From Candidatus Jordarchaeales archaeon (lineage in GTDB: Archaea > Asgardarchaeota > Jordiarchaeia > Jordiarchaeales > Freyrarchaeaceae), in contig JAWCFL010000002.1 of assembly GCA_038858525.1 (NCBI GenBank), positions 59,987 through 91,986 on the forward strand: a stretch of DNA of 32,000 nucleotides. The letters run 5' to 3'. The translations under genes and the position numbers were made by a program. The first letter of the stretch is position 1. The number at the start of each line of letters is the position of its first letter. Shown one piece after another: positions 26,978 to 32,000 of the stretch. The notes beneath the pieces were generated by a model. It was not told the origin of the DNA and searched no databases. It was given only the letters and a program-made list of their open reading frames with translations.

Positions 26978-27946
26978 GACAGCTTTCTGAACGTGTAACC
27001 TATTTTCCGCTTCATCATAAATTACCGAGTGGGGCCCATCAATTACGCCATCTGTAGCTTCCACATTTCGCCTTATAGGGAGACAGTGCATAAATATCGA
27101 GTCCTTCTTCGTTAAGCTCATCAGCTCCTCGTTACACGTCCAATTCCGGAACTTAACACGTAACTTCTTTTCTTCTTGTGGATTACCATAGTATTTTAGT
27201 GACCCCCAGGACTTGACGTAAACTACATCCGCCCCATCATAGGCCTCCTCAACGTTACTCGTGACTTGCAGGCTACCCCCAGATTCCTCAACGTTCTTCC
27301 TAGCCCATTTCATGATCTGCTCGTCCAACTCGAACCCCTCCGGGTGAAGAAGAGTTACATCCATGCCGAAACGTGTAGATATTAGAAGAGCCGAGTTTGG
27401 AACACTGCAAGGTAGAGGATTAGGATGATAAGCCCAGCTTAAAAGAAACTTTTTCCCTTTTGGGTCTCCCTTCTTCTCCCTTATCGTCATTATGTCAGCT
27501 AAAGCTTGGCACGGATGAAACATGTCGCATTCCATGTTAATTACCGGCACGTCAGCCCATAGGGCAAACTCACGGACGACGCGGTTGCTCTCACCATAGC
27601 GCCACCCAGTCACGTTAGGAAAGATCCTTATCGCTATAGCATCACCGTAGCGCGCCATCACAGAAGCGGTATCCTTTATGGACTCGGATCCCTTACCGAT
27701 CCATCCCGAGTCCGCCTCCATATAAACAGCATGACCGCCAAGCTGCGTCATTCCGATCTCGAAGGACAACCTCGTTCTAGTGCTAGGGTTAAAGAAAAGC
27801 ATGATTAGAGACTTACCTTTAAAAACATCAGAGTACGCCTGAGGCCTCCTCTTCACGTCCGACGCCAGTCTCAACGTTTCTTCGATAGCATCAAGCTCCC
27901 ATTCTTGAGTTGTTATGAGGTCCCTGCCCTTCAAGTCGCTTCGCAA
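26960..27946 (-). CDS. N-acyl-ornithine carbamoyltransferase family (AOTCase/SOTCase-like)
   Basis: FFNPSTRTRLSF and HPCQALAD, plus the AOTCase-type WAYHPNPLP loop and HCLPIRRNV...EAENRLHVQKA instead of the classical OTC HCLPAxRG. Confidence 0.85.
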   Translation of the reverse strand: MRSDLKGRDLITTQEWELDAIEETLRLASDVKRRPQAYSDVFKGKSLIMLFFNPSTRTRLSFEIGMTQLGGHAVYMEADSGWIGKGSESIKDTASVMARYGDAIAIRIFPNVTGWRYGESNRVVREFALWADVPVINMECDMFHPCQALADIMTIREKKGDPKGKKFLLSWAYHPNPLPCSVPNSALLISTRFGMDVTLLHPEGFELDEQIMKWARKNVEESGGSLQVTSNVEEAYDGADVVYVKSWGSLKYYGNPQEEKKLRVKFRNWTCNEELMSLTKKDSIFMHCLPIRRNVEATDGVIDGPHSVIYDEAENRLHVQKAVLMLVL

Positions 27947-27990
27947 CCGGAGCCACCGCCAAGACCCTTTAAAAGGATTTTAATTGATTT

Positions 27991-28344
27991 TCATTCTATG
28001 AAGCATCTTTCTAGCATTCCACTTTCCTTAAGCTGCTTAACTACCTGGTTATATCTAGCTCTATTATTCAGTAAGTCATTTATAGCTTCCTCATTGATGT
28101 GAGTTCCTGGTCTCACTTTCACTTCAACGTTAACTCCGAGTTTATCTTCCAAAGCTTTCTTTATTATAACCCCGATCACGCCTCCCATAGGGCACATAGA
28201 CGACGTTGGAGTAAACGTTACGGAGACTTTACCTTCCTCAACGGTTATATCGTCTTCACCAACAATTCCCATATCAATAACTGAAACTGGAAATTCAGGG
28301 TCACTAACCTTCCTCAGGACCTCAATGACATCATTTTTATCCAT
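27991..28344 (-). CDS. DUF59/MIP18 (SufT-like) Fe-S assembly protein
   Basis: LRKVSDPEFPVSVIDMGIV and FTPTSSMCPMG; ATG 28344 after GGTGGG. Confidence 0.85.
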   Translation of the reverse strand: MDKNDVIEVLRKVSDPEFPVSVIDMGIVGEDDITVEEGKVSVTFTPTSSMCPMGGVIGVIIKKALEDKLGVNVEVKVRPGTHINEEAINDLLNNRARYNQVVKQLKESGMLERCFIE

Positions 28345-28474
28345 AATATTTCCCACCATCTAAACCTTCTCCAAGAAACGATCGAAAAGAAGAATTTAAA
28401 TGTTATTAGACTTTACAATAATGTTTCCTCGCGAAGAGGTTATCCTTTACAGATTAAGGCACCTTATTTGTTAT

Positions 28475-29701
28475 TTATTCCTGCCGAAAGGGAAGACGCC
28501 GCTCAAGTTCACTTAGTAACTCTCTAACAGTTTTCCCTGTTTCTTCGGATATTCTTTTTAAATCCTCAAATTCGGGTTTGGCTCTAATTATTCTGCCCTG
28601 TTTATCTCTCGCGATCTTCACTTTAACGGTGTGCTTTTTCCCTTCCACTTCGAAGTCGAAGTCGATGATTTCTCTTTCTAATATCAACCTTTTAGATTGA
28701 TGGAACCGTACGCCCAGAGTTCCCGTTTCCCTAAACAATGTTTCCGCCATCTCGACGTAGTTTTCAGGGTTACATATGACCTGCAGTATGCAGCCAGGCC
28801 TCCCTTTCTTGGCGATTACGGGTATAATTGACACGTCTCTTGCTCCGGCCTTCATGAGCGCCGCTGAAACATGAGCTAAAATTTCTCCTGAGACATCATC
28901 GAGATTCGTTTCAACAACAACCACTTCGTCCTCGTATATTTTGGCTTCGCCTCCAACTATTATTCTGAAAACGTTCGGAGCCTCAACCAGTTCTTGCCCT
29001 CCAGCTCCATATCCCACCTTCAATGGCAGAACTGGTGGCATTAGAGTGAGTGGTTTAGCTTTTAGAGCTGCTAGTATTGCTACGCCGGTCGGGGTTGCGA
29101 GCTCGCGAGAAGTTGGACCGCTCATCATGGGTATTCCTGCTTCCTTAAGTATTTCGATCACCGCTGGTGCTGGTACTGGCAGGACTCCATGGGGCGACGT
29201 AATGTATCCTCCTCCTACGGCCACTGGACTCGTAAACCATTTAGCGTCAAGCAAGTCAAGTTCTTCGCACATTAGTGCAGCTCCTACCAGGTCGAAAACA
29301 GTGTCCGATGAGCCGAGCTCGTGGAGATGAACCTCATCCACGCTTTCACCGTGCACCTTTGCCTCTGAATTGGCAAGTAATGCTGCTGCTTTAATGGATA
29401 TGCGTGATGCGCGTCTCGATAATGAAAGCTCGTTGGCAGCTTTCTCCACGTACTCTAGCAGTTCTTTTCCTGTGAATCCTTTCTCCTCTTTGAGCGAGAG
29501 AGATACTCTCGTAGCCACCAACTCTTTCCTTTTAACTTTCTCTACATTAACTTTGATGCTCTCGCACTTTCGCATTATTTTCGGCAGAATGCTGGCGAGC
29601 TTTTCGAGCGCCGCCCACTTTCCGCTTAAGTCAACCAGTGCGCCTATGAACATGTCACCCGACACGCCAGCAATGGAGCAGTCAGCTATAACGCTGCTCA
29701 C
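28475..29701 (-). CDS. larC: Nickel-pincer cofactor nickel insertase LarC
   Basis: GVSGDMFIGAL, EAKVHG...VHLHELG, HGVLPVPAPA, ELATPTG, ETNLDD, ETGTLGVR, KPEFED. Confidence 0.94.
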   Translation of the reverse strand: MSSVIADCSIAGVSGDMFIGALVDLSGKWAALEKLASILPKIMRKCESIKVNVEKVKRKELVATRVSLSLKEEKGFTGKELLEYVEKAANELSLSRRASRISIKAAALLANSEAKVHGESVDEVHLHELGSSDTVFDLVGAALMCEELDLLDAKWFTSPVAVGGGYITSPHGVLPVPAPAVIEILKEAGIPMMSGPTSRELATPTGVAILAALKAKPLTLMPPVLPLKVGYGAGGQELVEAPNVFRIIVGGEAKIYEDEVVVVETNLDDVSGEILAHVSAALMKAGARDVSIIPVIAKKGRPGCILQVICNPENYVEMAETLFRETGTLGVRFHQSKRLILEREIIDFDFEVEGKKHTVKVKIARDKQGRIIRAKPEFEDLKRISEETGKTVRELLSELERRLPFRQE

Positions 29702-30507
29702 TTTTTCAGCCCTCCAGCCTCTTTTCCTCTGAAGGCCGCAACCCTATTGGCTATTAGAGCAGCGATAGCTCCTGCCCCAACACCGTTGTCTATGTTGACG
29801 ACAGCGACCCCCGGAGAGCATGACTGGAGCATTGTGAGAAGCGCACTGACGCCGCTACCTCCCAGCCCGTATCCTGTGCTTGTTGGGACGCCTATTACAG
29901 GTAAATCGATCAGCCCTGACACCACGGAGGGGAGCGCGCCCTCCATGCCAGCCACGACCACCACGACGTCAACTCCGTTTCTCACCATGTCTGCAAGTGG
30001 CTTGAAAACTCTATGTACCCCAGCTACCCCAACGTCGTATGCTACATATACATCGCACCCCATACATTCAGCTATGAGCCTAGCCTCTTCGGCTACGGGT
30101 ATATCTGCCGTCCCAGCAGTCAGGATGCCCACCTTGCCGCCTGTTCTAGCAGAGTCGTATTCTGGCTTCTTAATATAAATAGTCCCGGTCTCCTCCACAA
30201 TTCTTAACTGAAAGACGCTTTCTGGAAATTCCTTTCTAAGAAGAGCTAACTGCTCATTGTTGCACTTGGTAACAATAACATAGCCTTTTTCCTCGACTAT
30301 TCTTCTGGCGATCTCGACGAGATGTTTTTTGCGTTTCCCTCTAGCGTACACTATCTCAGGAATGCTTGAGCGAAGTTCCCTTTTCACGTCTATTCTGGCG
30401 ATGCCGTCGAGCTCCAATATCTGAAATGCCCTAACTGCTCGTTCAGCATCGTCTATTCCGATTTCTCCCCTGACAAGTTTTTCGAGAACTTCTCTTAGCT
30501 GTCTTAT
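29698..30507 (-). CDS. larB: NPN cofactor carboxylase/hydrolase LarB (AIR carboxylase-like)
   Basis: PEIVYARGK, TAGTADIPVAEEA, DVGVAGVHR, AGMEGALPSVVSG, VPTSTGYG, VVNIDNGVGA. Frame stays open upstream of TTG 30417 to an ATA at 30507 preceded by SD GGAGG. Confidence 0.92.
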   Translation of the reverse strand: MRQLREVLEKLVRGEIGIDDAERAVRAFQILELDGIARIDVKRELRSSIPEIVYARGKRKKHLVEIARRIVEEKGYVIVTKCNNEQLALLRKEFPESVFQLRIVEETGTIYIKKPEYDSARTGGKVGILTAGTADIPVAEEARLIAECMGCDVYVAYDVGVAGVHRVFKPLADMVRNGVDVVVVVAGMEGALPSVVSGLIDLPVIGVPTSTGYGLGGSGVSALLTMLQSCSPGVAVVNIDNGVGAGAIAALIANRVAAFRGKEAGGLKK

Positions 30508-30532
30508 CGGTTCTCCCTCCGCGGTCAGCTAC

Positions 30533-30559
30533 TTTAAATATTCCAGATTTACCTTTAAA
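30533..30559. promoter_or_regulatory. Divergent TATA-like boxes for larB and queC
   Basis: TTTAAATA at 30533-30540 (+) and TTTAAAGG at 30559-30552 (-) in the short divergent gap. Confidence 0.4.
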
Positions 30560-30577
30560 GCGTGATGGGGGTTTTTA

Positions 30578-31315
30578 ATGCAGACAAAGATTGGCGTTGT
30601 GCTTCTTAGTGGTGGATTAGACTCGACCGTGGCTTTATGGTGGGCCAAAAAGAAAGGAGGATACGGTGAGGTTCACACGCTAACTTTTTTTTATGGCTCT
30701 AGGGAAGAGAGAATTACGAGGAAAGTCTGTGAAATACTGGCGGCTCTTTCTAAGGTCGAAAGACAGATTTTCTTGGAGCTTCCTTGGCTTGGGGAGTTCT
30801 CAATTAGAAGTGGAGCCACATTGGTGGAAGGGGGAGATACGCCGCCCAAAGTGTCTATTAGTATGCTTGAAGACAAGAAGATCATGAAAAATGCTTCTAG
30901 AAGTGTTTGGATTCCTGCAAGGAATCTTTGCTTTGTCTCTATAGCTGCGTCTTACGCTGAATCGATTGGCGGCGAAGCAGAAATAATTACAGGGTTCAAC
31001 AAAGAGGAGGCTGAGACTTTCCCGGATAATTCTCCCATTTTCATCGAAAGAATGAATGCACTGCTAGAAGTTTCAACAATTAAGGCTAAGGTTGCCTTAA
31101 GAAGCCCTCTCATCCACTTAGACAAGAGGGGGATATGCGCGCTTGCAAAGTCGCTCGGCGTCCCTGTCGAGTATTCAAATTCTTGCTATGACCCAGCTGG
31201 CATCACCAAAAACGGTGAGCCCATTCATTGCGGCTTATGTGAGAGCTGCGCAAGAAGAAAACGCGCCTTCCTAGAAGCCGTGGGCTCAGACCCCACAATC
31301 TACGCACATAAATAG
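30578..31315 (+). CDS. queC: 7-cyano-7-deazaguanine synthase (PP-loop ATPase)
   Basis: LLSGGLDS, WIPARN, FPDNS, SCY...CGLCESC zinc site. Confidence 0.85.
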   Translation: MQTKIGVVLLSGGLDSTVALWWAKKKGGYGEVHTLTFFYGSREERITRKVCEILAALSKVERQIFLELPWLGEFSIRSGATLVEGGDTPPKVSISMLEDKKIMKNASRSVWIPARNLCFVSIAASYAESIGGEAEIITGFNKEEAETFPDNSPIFIERMNALLEVSTIKAKVALRSPLIHLDKRGICALAKSLGVPVEYSNSCYDPAGITKNGEPIHCGLCESCARRKRAFLEAVGSDPTIYAHK

Positions 31316-31423
31316 AAGAAGGTTACACTACGTAAGATTCCCCCTAACAAAGCAAAAAGTCCGTAAATAATGAAATAGGAGGTTGCTACGTTAGAAGGCT
31401 GCCTTTGAATTTTATAGGTGCTT

Positions 31424-32000
31424 TTATGCTGTTCCTTCCCTCCATCCTTTAAGGTAGGCTAGTTGCTCTTCCGTGAGTTTCTCCAGCTCTATCCCTAAGG
31501 CTTTGCACTTCAGCTCGGCTACTGTCATGTCTATTTCTTTAGGTATGTCAAGCACTATGTTTCCCATCTTCTTAAGTTCGTCTCTATGCTTGACAATCCA
31601 TTCAACCGCTAATGCCTGATCGCTGAAACTCATGTCCATCACTGAGCTTGGGTGCCCTTCAGCAGCGACGAGATTTACCAGACGACCCTTGCCTAGCAGA
31701 TATATTTTTCTTCCGTCTTTCAGCCTGTACTCGTCGACGTTAGGCCTTATTTCCTCCTTGCTCACAGCCAAGCTCTCTAGGTCTTTCAGGTTTATCTCGA
31801 CGTCGAAATGCCCCGCATTAGCTAGAATGACGCCATCCTTCATCTTTTCCATGTGCTCCTTCCTGATAACGTCTTTGCATCCGGTTGCTGTGATGAATAT
31901 GTCCCCCACCTCGGCAGCCTTGGACATGGGCATTACATCTATGCCTTCAAGTGCTGCTGTAAGTGCTCTGTGGGGGTTAATCTCGACTGCTATCACTCTT
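31424..32000 (-). CDS. ahcY: Adenosylhomocysteinase, 3' part (5' end outside window)
   Basis: DIFITATG, LANAGHFDVEI, GRLVNLVAAEGHPSSVMDMSFSDQAL. Confidence 0.96.
   Translation of the reverse strand, partial: RVIAVEINPHRALTAALEGIDVMPMSKAAEVGDIFITATGCKDVIRKEHMEKMKDGVILANAGHFDVEINLKDLESLAVSKEEIRPNVDEYRLKDGRKIYLLGKGRLVNLVAAEGHPSSVMDMSFSDQALAVEWIVKHRDELKKMGNIVLDIPKEIDMTVAELKCKALGIELEKLTEEQLAYLKGWREGTA

Noticed and set aside
912-30887. Numerous 60-190 aa antisense or alternate-frame ORFs in the track
   Set aside because: They lie within well-supported genes, are Ser/Leu/Phe-rich shadow translations and show no recognisable motifs

Overview
Archaeal chromosomal window made up mostly of housekeeping genes. 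The lineage cannot be fixed from sequence alone; a Roadblock/LC7 protein, an smc-scpA-scpB operon and E/K/R-rich proteins are compatible with a thermophilic Asgard/TACK-type archaeon (inference). In order, it carries: the tail of the ribosomal/RNAP superoperon (rps11-rpoD-rpl18e-rpl13-rps9-rpoN-rps2) running into mevalonate genes (mvk with a 1-nt frameshift, ipk, fni); rpl7ae with a 5' kink-turn; elp3; gatE-gatD; an HTH regulator divergent from glmS; coiled-coil/wHTH, hypothetical and Roadblock genes; smc-scpA-scpB; a PAC2 proteasome chaperone; a partial LysW-carrier cluster (lysW-lysX-[eroded lysY remnant]-lysZ-lysK, no lysJ) facing an N-acyl-ornithine-type transcarbamylase; DUF59, larC-larB, queC and the 3' part of ahcY. 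The standout is that gatE is interrupted by a 30-nt, stop-containing insert (8787-8816) that folds into a bulge-helix-bulge motif. Cutting at the canonical tRNA-splicing-endonuclease positions restores the conserved D-E-T-P-P reading exactly. It is therefore a candidate archaeal intron in a protein-coding mRNA other than cbf5. No tRNA, rRNA, CRISPR array or transposase was seen.
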